Assembly: GCF_006345805.1 (NCBI RefSeq)
Contig: NC_043001.1
Span: 26,660,001 to 26,724,000, forward strand
Source of the DNA: Octopus sinensis
Lineage: Eukaryota
Length of the DNA: 64,000 bases
Reading direction: 5' to 3'
Shown here: positions 23,531-37,740 of the stretch, piece by piece
Layout of the letters: every line of letters begins with the position of its first letter
How positions within the stretch are numbered: position 1 is the first letter of the stretch
Program-made: the position numbers and the translations under genes
The notes under the pieces: model-generated
Seen by the model: only the letters and a program-made list of their open reading frames with translations
Told to the model about the DNA's origin: nothing
Database searches by the model: none

Positions 23531-23759
23531 TTCAGATGAATATGGTACTTCAGTTGAGGCACCAGAATTTAGTACGGTATTATCCATCCAATTTCAAAAT
23601 AAGGTGATTAAAATCAAAATAAGCAACAAGGATATCCAGAGGTAATGCAGTACGATCGTTTCAAGCAACTCCATTTAATTGAACAATTCAAGATATGGGT
23701 GTGAGCTGTGCTCTATGGAAACATATGTAATTTTTGAGCATAAAGATAAAGGCAACCTG

Positions 23760-26720
23760 ATTAATACTCGATTAAACCTTAGGGTATCATGCATACATAG
23801 TGTCACCCATACCTTTAAATATTTTAGAAAGTAGCACTTTATCGATCTTGTGATTTAAAACCTATCATATACCTCTTAGTTTAATATTAGTGTATAGTTA
23901 GCATGTCCTACAACATCAATATTCCTTTAGTTAATACAGGGTATCAGTCATTATAGATACAAGCTAAATAAGTAAATAAACAATTTTTAGTTTTAAATAC
24001 TTGAATTATTATACATTTTCTATAAATATTCTCTATTGATGTTACTAATTTGTCTATATACTTCATCATGGTTTTTAGTGATTAAGCTATTTTATATCCT
24101 TTTCTATGGTGTTCTACCCTACCTGATCATTTTAATACTTTTTAATACTTTATAATTGCCTTTAGATAAACCTAAATTTTTGTACCCCTATAAATTCATA
24201 CATAGCTTATATAAAACAATATGGGTATCTTCACAACTTAAAATTAAACTGCTTAGATTATAATTTAATTAATTTATAGTAAATTTGTTCTTTTGTCTCA
24301 ATGCTAAATTTTCTTGATAACCCTAAATTTTAACTTTATACAATATGGCTATTTTGTTTAAAATAGTTTTAGTAATTACTTTATTTATCCCTTTCTTAAA
24401 GTACTCCACCCTCCTGATCTTAGTATTTATATTGGCTTTTATACAAGTAGCCCTTCTAATTAAGTACCTCTAAGAAACTGTAATATCATGTACGGATTAA
24501 CACTAATAAATTTTAAAACCTTTATTATACCTCTTAATTTAAATTAGTATATAATTAACATGTCCTTTTAACATCAATATTCTTTTAACTAATACCAGGT
24601 ATCAGTCTTGATTGAAATAAGCTAAATAAGTTAATAAACATCTTTTAGTTCATAATACTTAAATTTTACATTTTCTATAAATCTTCTCTATTGAAGTTAA
24701 TAAGGTAGATATAATTTATTATGGTTTTAGTGATCAGGCTATCTTTATTCTTTTTCTATGGTGCTCTACTCTACCTGATCATTTTATTATTTTATAATAG
24801 CCTTTAATAAATCTAATTTTTGTATCCCTATTACTTCATACTTAGCTTATATAAGACAATACTGGTATCTTCACAACTTAAAATAATTTAATTTAATTAA
24901 ATGAGTATATAGTTAACATGTTCTTTAGCCTCGGTGCTCCTTTATTAAATACCAGTAAAATCCAATTGATCAATCTCCATAGATACCATCTAATAAGTTA
25001 ATATTTAGATAAATAATAAGTATAAATATTAAACTATTTCTTTGTAATTTTCTTTTCCTCCCTCTATTGTGGTAAAATTTGGTATATACTCAAAAGTATT
25101 TATAGAAATGTTATCCTTTTTTAATAATATCATACTTAATAATCTTCTTGACTACCCTAAATTTTAACTTTATACAATATGGCAATATTGTTTGAAATGA
25201 TCTATAGAAATTACTTGATTTATCCCTTTCTTAAAGTGCTCTACCCTCCTGATCTTAGTATTTATAAGGGCCTTTATATAAGTAGCCCTTCTAATTAAGT
25301 ACCCCTAAGAAACTATAAATATCATGTATGGAGTAACAATAATAACTTCTAAAAACCTAAAATATAACCTTAGTTTTAAAAATTAGTATAAAATTAGAAT
25401 GTCCTATAACATCAATATTCCTTTAGCTAATACCAGGTATCAGTCTTTATTAATACTAGCTAGATAAGTATCAATAATTTTTAGTTTAGTATACTTTGAA
25501 TTATACATTTTCTATAAATCTTCTCTATTGATGTTAATAAGGTATATATACTTTATCATGTTTTTAGTGATTAAGCTATTTTATTCCTTTTCTATGGTGT
25601 TCTGCCCTACCAGATTATTTTATTTTTTATTATTTTATAATAGCCTTTATTTATTTATAAAATAATCTAATTTTTGTATCCCTATTACTTCATACTTAGC
25701 TTATATAAGACAATACTGGTATCTTCACAACTTAAAATAATTTAATTTAATTAAATGAGTATATAGTTAACATGTTCTTTAGCCTCGGTGCTCCTTTATT
25801 AAATACCAGTAAAATCCAATTGATCAATCTCCATAGATACCATCTAATAAGTTAATATTTAGATAAATAATAAGTATAAATATTAAACTATTTCTTTGTA
25901 ATTTTCTTTTCCTCCCTCTATTGTGGTAAAATTTGGTATATACTCAAAAGTATTTATAGAAATGTTATCCTTTTTTAATAATATCATACTTAATAATCTT
26001 CTTGACTACCCTAAATTTTAACTTTATACAATATGGCAATATTGTTTGAAATGATCTATAGAAATTACTTGATTTATCCCTTTCTTAAAGTGCTCTACCC
26101 TCCTGATCTTAGTATTTATAAGGGCCTTTATATAAGTAGCCCTTCTAATTAAGTACCCCTAAGAAACTATAAATATCATGTATGGAGTAACAATAATAAC
26201 TTCTAAAAACCTAAAATATAACCTTAGTTTTAAAAATTAGTATAAAATTAGAATGTCCTATAACATCAATATTCCTTTAGCTAATACCAGGTATCAGTCT
26301 TTATTAATACTAGCTAGATAAGTATCAATAATTTTTAGTTTAGTATACTTTGAATTATACATTTTCTATAAATCTTCTCTATTGATGTTAATAAGGTATA
26401 TATACTTTATCATGTTTTTAGTGATTAAGCTATTTTATTCCTTTTCTATGGTGTTCTGCCCTACCAGATTATTTTATTTTTTATTATTTTATAATAGCCT
26501 TTATTTATTTATAAAATAAATCTAATTTTTGTACCTCTATAAATTCATACTTAGCTTATATAAAACAATACTGGTATAAAATAAACTGCTTAGATTATGA
26601 TTTAATTAATATATAGTTAGCATGTTCTTTTACCTCAGTACTCCTTTATTAAATACCAGTATATACCAATTGATCAATATTCACAGGTACCATCTGATAA
26701 GTTAGTATTTAAGTATATAT
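23760..26720. repeat. AT-rich degenerate tandem array with alternating A/B monomers and an 854-bp exact duplication
   Basis: A motif at 23902, 24559, 25398, 26252; B motif at 24284, 24917, 25771, 26621. 24810-25663 repeats at 25664-26517. Confidence 0.88.
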
Positions 26721-26839
26721 GTATAGCATCATATGTAAAAGTCCTAACCATGAAAAAATGTTTACAAAGTCATGGGTGCTATGTTGCTTTTTGTTTTTGT
26801 ATGCACGTCCATGAGTGTTAGATTTATGGAATTAAAAAA

Positions 26840-27700
26840 AATTACCTAATGCTGTTGATGGAAAAATGATGGGTAATCTTGTGGGTGTCTATGAAGTAAG
26901 TTGCCAGATATTGGAGCTTCAATTTGTTTATGCACAGGGAAGCAAGACGTTCAAATTAAGGAAGACAATCAAATTAAGGTAGATGCCTGACAGTGGGTAT
27001 TCATTTGGTTGCATGTTTCTGAACAGTTTCCAGGAGATTGATATCCTGAATAAGATAGGGGTTCTAGATTGGGGATACAAACTGGATGTACCATCAGCCT
27101 TGTTGACAATCTTAGAGATGTGGTTTGTCCAATGCAGATCGCTGTTGACAATAATACCCAGATCACATTCACTTACAGATTTCTTAAAATTGGTGCTGTT
27201 GAGTAAGTGAAAGTTGGGTTTTACCTCCCAAAATGGTGGTTCACTTGTCTACAACCTGCTTGAATTATCACTGAGTAATCCATTGTTGCATTGTGTCCAG
27301 GTCTGATTGCAGGAAAGGTCTATCGGGTATAAGATCTATTCTTTTTATCTCAAGGTACAACTTGATGTCATCTGCATATTTTCAACACTGTAACATTCTC
27401 CAAGTTGGCATCTATGTCATTAATATATGCAACAAACAACAGGGGCCCAAGAACAGATCCCTGTTGTACACCAGATGTCATCTCATAGAGTGAAGAATGT
27501 CTTAGAACTGTGACTACCTCTTTTCAACTGGGAATGAAAGACTTCGACCAGTTATAGAGATCATCTTTCATATCCATTGCAGAGAGTTTTGCTATGGGCA
27601 CAGAATTGAAGGTTTTAGCAAAGTCAAGATAGAGAGATAACATCCACCCATGAGCTGCCATTAGTGATTCGGAAGACATCCTCAAGAAATTCAGTTATTT
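26840..27700 (-). mobile_element. CR1/L2-like non-LTR retrotransposon RT remnant
   Basis: YLDFAKTFNSVP; SGVQQGSVLGPLLFVAYIND; KYADDIKLY; DLGIIVNSDLHWTNHISKIVNKA. Confidence 0.85.
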
Positions 27701-30117
27701 ATAAATAAATAATCTTGTCAAAAAATTTATCTATATATTAGTCCCTTTTTTCTCTTTTTCTCTCCCTGTCTCTCTCATTTTCATTTGTCTGTCTAGATTG
27801 GATAATTTTTTACATTGGATTAAATTTTCAATTAATAAATTCTATATTTTTTTATAAACTGAAGATTTTGGTTAGAATTAATTTTAAACAGTTTAACTCA
27901 GTCATGGACAAATGGTGGCCCATAGAACTTTGTGACTGGCACACCTGACAAAAAAATTACCTTGGTTATATTTTAGTAGTGTGGCCAGTCTGATGTTAAG
28001 TCATGTGTCATGTGGCTTGCTTCTAGAAAAAGGTTGCTTATGCCTGATTCAGATAGAACATAATTTTAATAATTCTTTTTAAATTGGAACAATAAATTAG
28101 TTTCAAAACTGAAATTACTAACAAAGAAAATGTTTTATAAGCATTTATTGTTAAACTCTTAAAAATTTTGGTGTTCTAAAAGAAAAGACTGCTAACAAAG
28201 CCCGTCTAAAATGTAATACAAACTACCATGTAAACAATACAAACTACATGAAAACAAAACAAAAGAATTTTAATAATTCATCATACATACACCAATGTTG
28301 TCATCTACCGTAAAAAAGGGACAGCAATGCTATTGTGGTAACTACTTTTGCTGCTATCTAGTTGTATAAAAGTTGGAGTTTCTCGGAAATAACATGTAAT
28401 GATATGACAAACAGCAAGAACAAGGTGATGGTGGTACTTGGAAATTTTAAAATTCTTGAACAATTATTTGTAAAAATCAAATAGGTAATATATACTATTG
28501 AGAAAAAGGAGTGTTGAGTTTGTGAGTTTTGGGGATGTTTTTATAAAGAACTTTAAGCACTCCTTACTACTGAAAAACCAAAATTTTAATAAGCCTTTGA
28601 AAGGTAAGTCAAAAGCTTTACATTTGCCTTGTGCTCCTTTCTTTTACTCTTTGAGTAAATAAGTAGCTTGAGTTTTTATGCTTAGTATGGAAGAAGAGAT
28701 CTGTGCCCATGACCTATGCTGGCTCTTCTTGACTAATGTGACTGATGTAGTTTGATGTTCAGTTTGAGCATTTGTAAAAAGAAGAGAATTTGAGGGAACT
28801 GAAGTATTGGGCATTATGGTTAGTGCTGGTGTATAGGTGGGGGAATGATAAGAATAGGAAAGATAAATGTGTTGAGATGGTATGCAGCCTGTTAAGCTCA
28901 GAGGCTGTTGTAGCAGCATCAAAAAAGGCAGAGTGATTTGGCTGAACATCAATGAGCTAGAGGTCACTGAATATTGTTGAGAAAGTTTTCAATCTGGAAC
29001 AACTTTGGAGTCAATCTACCCGTTCGTGTAATTTCATATAAAGGCATTGGAAAATGCACAGAGAACAAATCTAATTCTTTTATAACTACAGTGAATTTCT
29101 CTATCTGATTGAATAAATCACAAAACTATGTTAGTCATATCTATTATAAGGTAGCAAACTGGCAAATTCATTAAAATATTGAATAGAATGTCTTGTGGTA
29201 TTTTTTCTTTCTCTCTATGCTCTGAATTGAAATCGTGTCGAGGGCACAATTTTGCTTTTTAGCCTTTCTAGTTCACGGATTGAAGTAAAAGGTGGATACA
29301 AAGAACTTGTAGAGCATTGAGTAATGTGTCTTGCAGTGTTAATACTAGTTCTTTGCATTCTGTTGGCAACATTTGTGAAGACACTGATGCCAAGCTGTAT
29401 TGGTCTTTCTCTTGGACAACTACTCTGGTGTGGAGAGAGGAAAATTAGTTTCTTGGGCAACAACTAGCTTTCCACAAAAAAAACAAAAAAACAAAAACAA
29501 AAAAAGAAACAGAAAAACAAGAAAACAACCTTGGGCTTGTACCTATAGATACAGATACATTGTCAACCCTGAACAAAGGAGGACCTAGATATCTCTTATG
29601 TATGCCTGTTATCATGTAATCTTTTATGTATGTTTGTGTGTGTGTGTGTGTGTTTGTGTAAGTGCATGTATGTTTACATAAGTAGGATCTTTTTGTAATC
29701 AACATGTCTCGGAGTCCACTAAGTCTCTAACTATGAGACTAAGATTACCTGGTCTAAAATTATGTAATAACTAATAGTACATTTCATCTTGCAACTAGTT
29801 TAAAGTCTTCAGTTTTTATCTGCTCCAACTGAGACTTGAAATAAATAACTGAATAAAAAATAAAGAAAATAACATGATTAGTATGTTCCATATTGTGAAG
29901 TACATTTTGTCTCCTTATTTAAATTTTTTTTTTAATATGAAATATATCCTGTTCCAACAATGCTTATTTGTAATTAAAATCAAATATTTTATCAATAGTG
30001 GATATTGCCTTACCTTACAAATGATGATATAGATTTAACATGTGTTTTCTTGACAATTTTTCTCATATGAAACCTAAGTTAGCACGTAGGTGTTTGTTTA
30101 CTACGAACACATAATGA

Positions 30118-32990
30118 TCACCATCATCATCATAATTTAGCATCTGCTTTGCATGTTGGCATAGCTTAGATGCTTTGACTAAAACTGGTAAACTGGAAGG
30201 CTGCACCAGACTCCAGTCTAATTTGGCACGATTTCTATGGCTATATGCCCTTCAATCACAGTATAATATCTCCAGAGGTCTTGGTCTCCTGTCATTGCCT
30301 CTGTGAGGCCCAACGTTCAAAAGTCATGCTTCATCACCTTATCCCATGTCTTCTTGGGTCTAACTCTTCTACAGGTTCCTTCCACAGTTAGGGTGTGGCA
30401 CTTCCTCACACAGCTGTCCTCATCCATACATAATACATGACCATACCAGCGCAGTCGTCTCTCTTGCACACCACATTTGATGCTTCTTATGGCCAACTTT
30501 TCTCTTAGGGCGCTCACACTTTGTTGTGTATGCACATTGGCATTACACATCCAGTGGATCATACTAGCTTCATTTCTTTCAAGCCTAAGCATGTTCTCAG
30601 CAGTCATGGCCTGTGTTTCAATGCCATGTAGCATGGCAGTTTGCACACATGCATCATACAGTGTACCTTTCATCCTGAGCGAGAGGCCCTTGGTTGCCAG
30701 CGGAGGTAGGAGCTCCCTGAACTTTGTCCAAGCTAGTCTCATTCTAGCTGCTACACTCTCAGAGTGACTACCCCAAATACAGACTTGCTCACCTAGGTAG
30801 CAGAAGCTATCAACTACTTCTAGTTTTCCCCCCGGCATGTGATGGAATCTGTTTTCTGTACATCTTCAGTGTTTATTGCCCCTGTGCATCCGCCAGACAC
30901 TAAAATTATCTTCCTGGTTAACCTTCCTTTGATATTTCTGCACCTTTTATGTTTCCATAGCTTATACCGGGTACATCATATGGAGTTTCTACCCATGCCT
31001 TTTCTACAGATCAAGTATGGGCTATCTACTTGAAGGGGTTTGTGATTTGTCAGCCTTCCTACTTACTAAGACTTTGGTTTTTTTCTAGGTTAACCCTAAG
31101 GCCCTTCAATTCTAGACCTTGCTTCCACACCCTAAACTTTGTCTCTAGTTCTGGTAGTGATTCGGCTATTAGAGCAAGGTCATCAGTATAGAGGAGCTCC
31201 CAGGGGCAGTGTGTCTTGAATTTCTCTGTTATTGCCTGGAGGACTATGATGAAGAAACGGGGGCTGAGAACTGATCCTTGGTGAACCCCTACTTCTACCC
31301 GGAATTCTTCACTATACTTGTTGCCAACCCTCACCTTACTGAGAGCATCCCTGTAGAGGACTTGTACAGCTCTTACCAATCACTTGTGTATCTCCAGTTT
31401 CCGCATTTACCACCAGATAAGGGATTGGGGTACCCTGTCAAAGGCTTTCTCCAAGTCAACAAAAGTTAAGTACAGAGGTTTATCTTTGGCTAGATATTTC
31501 TCCTGTAGTTGCCTTACCAGAAATATAGCATCAGTGGTGCTTCTGCCTGGCACAAAACAAAACTGCATCTCATATAGCTAATTCTCTCCCTAATTAGTTG
31601 GGCTATGACTCTCTCTGTAACTTTCATCACCTGATCCAAGAATTTGATACTCCTGTAGTTATTTCTATCTAAACCATCACCTTTACTTTTGTAGCAATTG
31701 ACTATGGTGTTGCTATACCAGTCATTGGGTCTGACTCCTTCATGAACTATCTGATTTATGATGCAGGTGAAAAGACCATAACCCACACTGACCAATATTC
31801 TAAGCATCTCAGCAGTGATTGTTGAAGGGTCAGGTGCTTTCCCTGCCTTCATATTCTGAATTGCTTCATCTACCAGGGTACTGTTAATTTGGGTAGCTGG
31901 TCCTTCAATTGGGTCAACCTTTGACAGACTCTCTTCCTCCCATTCATTCTCCACATTTGGCAGTCTTCATAATGGCATCTCCAAGCCTCTTTCTTTGCAG
32001 AATCATTAAACGCAAGGGTACCATCATCCAGACGGACACATTTCTCTCATATGACATCACGATTTTCTCTCACACTTGCAATCTGAAATACTTCAGTTCT
32101 TTGGTCCTCATGTCACTGAACATTGGCAATCTTCTTCTTTTCTGCTACTCCCTTACCTATATATACCTGTCTCCTAGTTTCTCTCCTGGCTATCTGATAC
32201 AGTCCCCTCCTACCCCAACTCTTCCAGACCTTCCAGGCCTGTTTCTTTGCCCTAATGGCCCTATCTACAGTATTGTTCCACCACCATGTTACCCTAGGTC
32301 TGGAAGGGACTTTGCACCAGCCATAAATTTGGTCTGTGGCACTCAGCAAGCTGTCTTGCAGGAATTCCCAGCTACCTTCTATGTCACAGGACTGTAGCTC
32401 CTCCTCCCTCTTATCAAATTTCTCAGTTAGGATATCCCTAAATCTCTGACCATATGAAGGGTTCTTAAGCTTCCAAGTCCTTCTTTTCCAGATTGGTCTG
32501 CTTTTTAGCATCCTTCTGGTCACAAGGCTAAAGTTGCTAATAACTAGTCTATGCTGGGAGGGGTACATTCTTCACCAGGGTGGGTCTTTGTATTTAAGAG
32601 TAACTATTCATCTCACTGTCTGGTGAGAATGAAATCAATCTGGTTAGCAGAGTCACCTGATTGATAGGTTATCAGGTGGCTGGCTGGCTTCTTGAAGTTG
32701 GTGTTGCAGATCAATATGTTATTTGCATTGCAGAACTCCAGGAGTCTAGTTACCTCTTCATTTCTGGTACCAATTCCATGGCTCCCATGTACACCATGGA
32801 AAATACCAGGTTGCTGTCCAACATGCCCATTAAAATCTCCAGCCACAAGGATGAAATCATTGTCACTTGTCTTTGAGGTAGCATGCAGAAGAATATCATA
32901 AAAGTGATCCTTCTGTTCATTAGGTAGGCCTGCTTGTGGGGCATAGGCAGAGATAATTGTAGCTATACCATTCAGCAAGAAGTACACATG
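30118..32990 (-). mobile_element. RTE-clade LINE, 5'-truncated and frameshifted (APE endonuclease + RT)
   Basis: IISAYAPQ...AGDFNGHVG; GVHQGSVLSP..F; ELLYTDDLAL; RRLRWYGHV...RPKKTW; 3' UTR ending in a GAT-type tail. Confidence 0.92.
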
Positions 32991-33098
32991 TCCACATGTA
33001 TAGATACATGTATGCATGTGTATATTTTTATATATGTATGCATAAATCATCATATGTGTGTGTGCGTGCATGTGTGTGTGTGTGTGTGAGTGCTTGTG

Positions 33099-33172
<74 letters not shown>

Positions 33173-33275
33173 ATAATAAGGGTAAAATTAATTAATTAAT
33201 TAGTAATTAATAATTTTACCAAGCAATGTTCAGTATGTAAAAGGACCATTTACGGTCAATCCTAATTATATAAAG

Positions 33276-33322
<47 letters not shown>

Positions 33323-33484
33323 TCCTGGCTTAAAGGGTGTCATGAAAGGCCTGTTTGGAAGCCCAACCTTCTGAGTTCTTGTATAGGGCTTAGAAAAACT
33401 GAAGGACCACTCCAATAAGTGTGTGAAAGCAAAAAAAGACAATAACACACTGACATGCACTCTCTCCACACACATATATGCATT

Positions 33485-33719
33485 CTTTTATTCTTTTATT
33501 TGTTTCAGTCATTTGACTGCAGCCATGCAGGATCACCAAGTTTAGTTGAACGAATCAACCCCAGGACTCAGTCATTGTAAGCCTAGTACTTAGTCTATCA
33601 GTCTCTTTTGCAGAACTGCTAAGTTATGGGGATGTAAACATACCAACATTAGTTGCCAAGCAATAGTGGGGGATACAAACACAGAAACACAAGCACACAC
33701 ACACACATACATACATACA

Positions 33720-33790
<71 letters not shown>

Positions 33791-33945
33791 GACGGGCTTC
33801 TTTCAGTTTCTGTCTACCAAATTCACCCACAAGGCTTAGGTCAGTCCGAGGCTATAGTAGAAGACACTTGCCCAAAGTGCCACACAGTGAGACTGAACTC
33901 ACAACCATGTGATTAGTAAGCAAGCTACTCACCATACAGCCACAT
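33485..33945 (-). mobile_element. tRNA-derived SINE family B with an internal (CATA)n/(TA)n microsatellite
   Basis: Aligns to the copies at 38100-38960. Confidence 0.75.
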
Positions 33946-33946
33946 A

Positions 33947-35233
33947 CAGGGGGTCCCAGAAAGATTTAACCATTGATATTTCTTAGTTATTCAAAGTAAT
34001 CTTAAGGTAGGATAATGAAATTAGGCACACACATTCTAATGTAAATTGTCAATCCATCGCAGTAATTACATTTCGAAATGACCACCTTTTGCCTTAATCA
34101 CAGCCTGCAAATGAGTGGTCACTGAATTGCATGAGTGCTGTACTACCTCTTCATTCAACTTGACCCATGAAGACAGAAGGGTTTTCTTCAGATCTGATAC
34201 ATTTGAATTGGAGCAAGCAGAAACATTATTCTCTAAGATGAACCAGATAGCAAAATCCATGGGATTCATGTCTGGAACTTGAGGGACACATTGTCTTGTC
34301 CCCAAAACTGCTGAAATGCTTTTTGTGCCACCTCTGTGTCAAACAGGATGTGTGGGCCAGAGCCCTGTCTTAAGTGAAGATGTAATGGTCACCAAAGGTT
34401 TCTGTCACCCAGGATACATTTTCTCATCCAACATTTCTGGATAAACTTCACTGTTGACCTTGACACCAGCATCAATGAAGATCAAGGAAGATTTGGACCC
34501 ATCAGATGCAACTATGGCCCACACTATGAGTGAAGCTGGCTTCTGATGGCATAAGTGACTCCTGCTATGTTTGGGCAAGTCTCCTGCATTACATGCATAA
34601 AGCCTGTCATTCTGCCTGTTGGTTACTGCCTCCATGGTGAAGATCTTCTCATTGGATCAGATCAACATTTTGATAGCTTTATCTCAGCTAACATGGCTTT
34701 ACCCCTGTTGAGCTATTTCTTGGAAGCTACTGTAATTAACTGCTATCATTGTTTCTAGTGTGCAGTTAGCTTTAAATCCTCTTTAAAAATCCTGTGCATC
34801 GACAATTTCAAAATATCCTGAGCTTTTGCAGTTTCTCTTGCACTCCTGTGGGGATTTCAATTCATTCACTTTTTTACAGCCTCAACAGTTTGTTTGGTAC
34901 AAACTGATCACTTCCTACCAAGAATTGGTTTGCTAGAGGTAGTAACAGACTCTATATGTCATTTCTAGGTACTGAACACTGTTTTACAACATACATTTAA
35001 CTGTTTTGTTATGTCCTTGTTGTTCACTCCAGCTGTTTTCAAAGTAACAATCTGGTCACGTTCTGCTTTGAATGCCATGTTTATTTACAAACCTGTTATA
35101 GATGAACTAAACACAATAGACACATGAACAAAATACATATGCAAATCTTTATGTAAAATATAGGTAATGTTATCTGAACTGATATTCTTTAGGAAAAGTT
35201 TTAAACATGGGTAAATCTTTCTGGGACATCCTG
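33947..35233 (-). mobile_element. Full-length decayed Tc1/mariner element (~1.29 kb)
   Basis: TIRs CAGGGGGTCCCAGAAAGATTTAACCAT and reverse complement CAGGATGTCCCAGAAAGATTTACCCAT; left TA. Peptides VPDMNPMDFAIW...KAKGGHFE and RQNDR...VWA. Confidence 0.88.
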
Positions 35234-35429
35234 TTGATATTGTTATATTCTGGGATGGTCATTTTCTTTTCCTTTGCTAAATAAATAATCACACTATATA
35301 TTTACTCTTCACTTCATCTTTATTATTATTCTTATTCTAGTGTCCTTTGTCTGAAATCTTTTGTCAGGCATCGTGTGACCTCATCAGCAGCTCCTCATCC
35401 CATGTGTCTCCTCTTGTTCTGTTTAATCC

Positions 35430-35665
35430 ACATACATATATTTTACTACCCACAAGGGGCTAAACATAGAGGGGACAAACAAGGACAGGCAAAGGGATTA
35501 AGTCGATTACATCAACCCCAGTGTGAAACTGGTACTTTATTTATCGAACCCGAAAGGATGAAAGGCAAAGTCGACCTCAGCGGAATTTGAACTCAGAATG
35601 TAACGACAGATGAAATACCGCTAAGCATTTCGCCCGGCACGCTAACATTTCTGCCAGCTGACCGC
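35430..35665 (-). mobile_element. tRNA-derived SINE family C
   Basis: Near-complete copy with a B-box-like head. Confidence 0.75.
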
Positions 35666-37293
35666 ATATATGTATATATATGTATATTTATACACATTGA
35701 GCTTCTTTTAGTTTCCATCTATAAAACTCACTCATAAGGCTTTGGTTGGGTGAGGGCTATAGCAGAAGACACTCACCCAAGGTGCCATGCAGTAAGATTG
35801 AGGAATCAAACTTCTTACCACACAACCATAGCTGTGCCAGTTTTTACAATATGAATACTTGGAAACAGAAACAGCAGTGTTCAATACAACATTTTCTAGA
35901 TATTCAAGGAATTTTAAAGATGGTTCTCTTTCTTTTCCAACTGGGGTAAACATGTATCTTTTCTATTGCGAGACACCTGTTCCTTTCCTTCTATCTCTAT
36001 CATACCTTAATCTTTCATCACTTGGCATAAAGCTATTTTCTTCAATACTATTCCCCTCTCTCCGTGGAAGGCTTTTGTCTCACAGGTTACTTGGTGACCT
36101 GACAAGACACATCCAGTACAGTCTGTAAGCTGTTTGGCATTGGGGTGGGGGCATCCAGCTATAGAAACCATGCTGAAGCAGACATTGGAGCTTAGTCCTC
36201 TGGCTTGCCAGCTCCAGTGAAACCTTTTAACCTATGCTGTGGTGATGTTGCTTTAATTGGTTGATTATTATCCTGTTCACAAATTTTCATCAAGCTTTTT
36301 CTGAGTGTGTTTCTTGATATTTATTTCACTTGATTGAGTTGTTTGTAAATACCTATTCACCAGATGGCTGTCTTTTTTCTTCCTGTCTCGGCTCAGAGTA
36401 TAACTCCTTGTCATCATCAGTGTTGATATCGATGTTGGTTGTCATTGGTGGAACCAGCAGTGTCAGTGTCATTAGCAGTGACATTGTCATCTTTATTATT
36501 TAACATCTATGATGGAAGGAAGGCTTTTTTTTAAAAATACTTTTGGGGTATCCTCTTCTTCCATTATAATTATTCTGTTGATTGAAGGAGCTGGAAATAC
36601 GAAGAATGAAGTTCTCAGGCGGAGTAAAGTCAATAACCGTTTATTCACAGGTATTTCATACAAGGGGTTTACTTTCAGTAACCATCTTCACAGAAGTGCG
36701 TAGTTAGCCTTCTCTCCCATTCACATGAGGTTCAAAAACCTCTGGAGACAGTGCATGTGGTATCACAGCAGGACAAATGTCCACTGTGAGCTCCTAGCTT
36801 TAAAGTCTTGCTCATGTCAGCGTGAGAAGAATGAGATGGAAAATGTTGTTTTCTTTTCCTTAATTAATGGTTGCAGGTGGGATCTCGCTTTTGTCTCACA
36901 CATGGCAATGTTTGCAGGCGAGATCTCACTGTTTCAAAATGGTGCTAGCTTCCTTGTGCCTTGCTACACAGCCATGCTGGTATGGGCTTGACTGTTTAGA
37001 TATCTGTTGAATAAATTTTCTAACCATGATAATTATTTACAGCCAGGTGTATTGAGCTATTGAGATCTATGTAACTTTGCTATGGTGAACTGAAGCAATA
37101 GGATAAAATTACCGGTTTCGTGTAAGCTTTTGAAATTTCTCATGAGAAATTTGAAAAGCTTACACGAAACCAGTAATTTCTCCAAAAACTATGTTACTAT
37201 ATACAAAATTTTATAACATTTTTCTAACATAACAACTTAAATATATTCTTTAACCTTATAAAACAAGCCTCCTGTAGTTTTTTCACTCTTTTC

Positions 37294-37342
<49 letters not shown>

Positions 37343-37702
37343 CCTCCTGGTTTCCCAGACCCCAGTCAAACCGTCCAACCCATGCTAGCATGGAAAGCGG
37401 ACGTTAAACGATGATGATGATGATAAATAAGAGTTAATGGTGCCATTGAAACCCAAAGGTGTCAGGTAATGCTGAATAAGTGCTATAGACAGACCATAGT
37501 TAAGTTATCTATTTTCTTTCCCCCACCTCACTCTCTATTTCTATCACATCAAAACTAACTATGACTTAATTTTTCCTCACACACTGTCTCTGATGAAGGG
37601 ATATTATTGATTAATATCCTAGAAACAGCTGTAAGACCTTCTACCTATAAATGCTCTAATATCTATAAAGCCTTGGTTTTTTATCTTATTATGCAAAAAA
37701 TT

Positions 37703-37740
<38 letters not shown>

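Noticed and set aside
23760-26720. NUMT or retroviral protease origin for the AT-rich array
   Set aside because: Test translations with the mitochondrial code gave stops and no recognisable gene. The VSV(I/L)IDTS similarity to a DTG motif is too weak.
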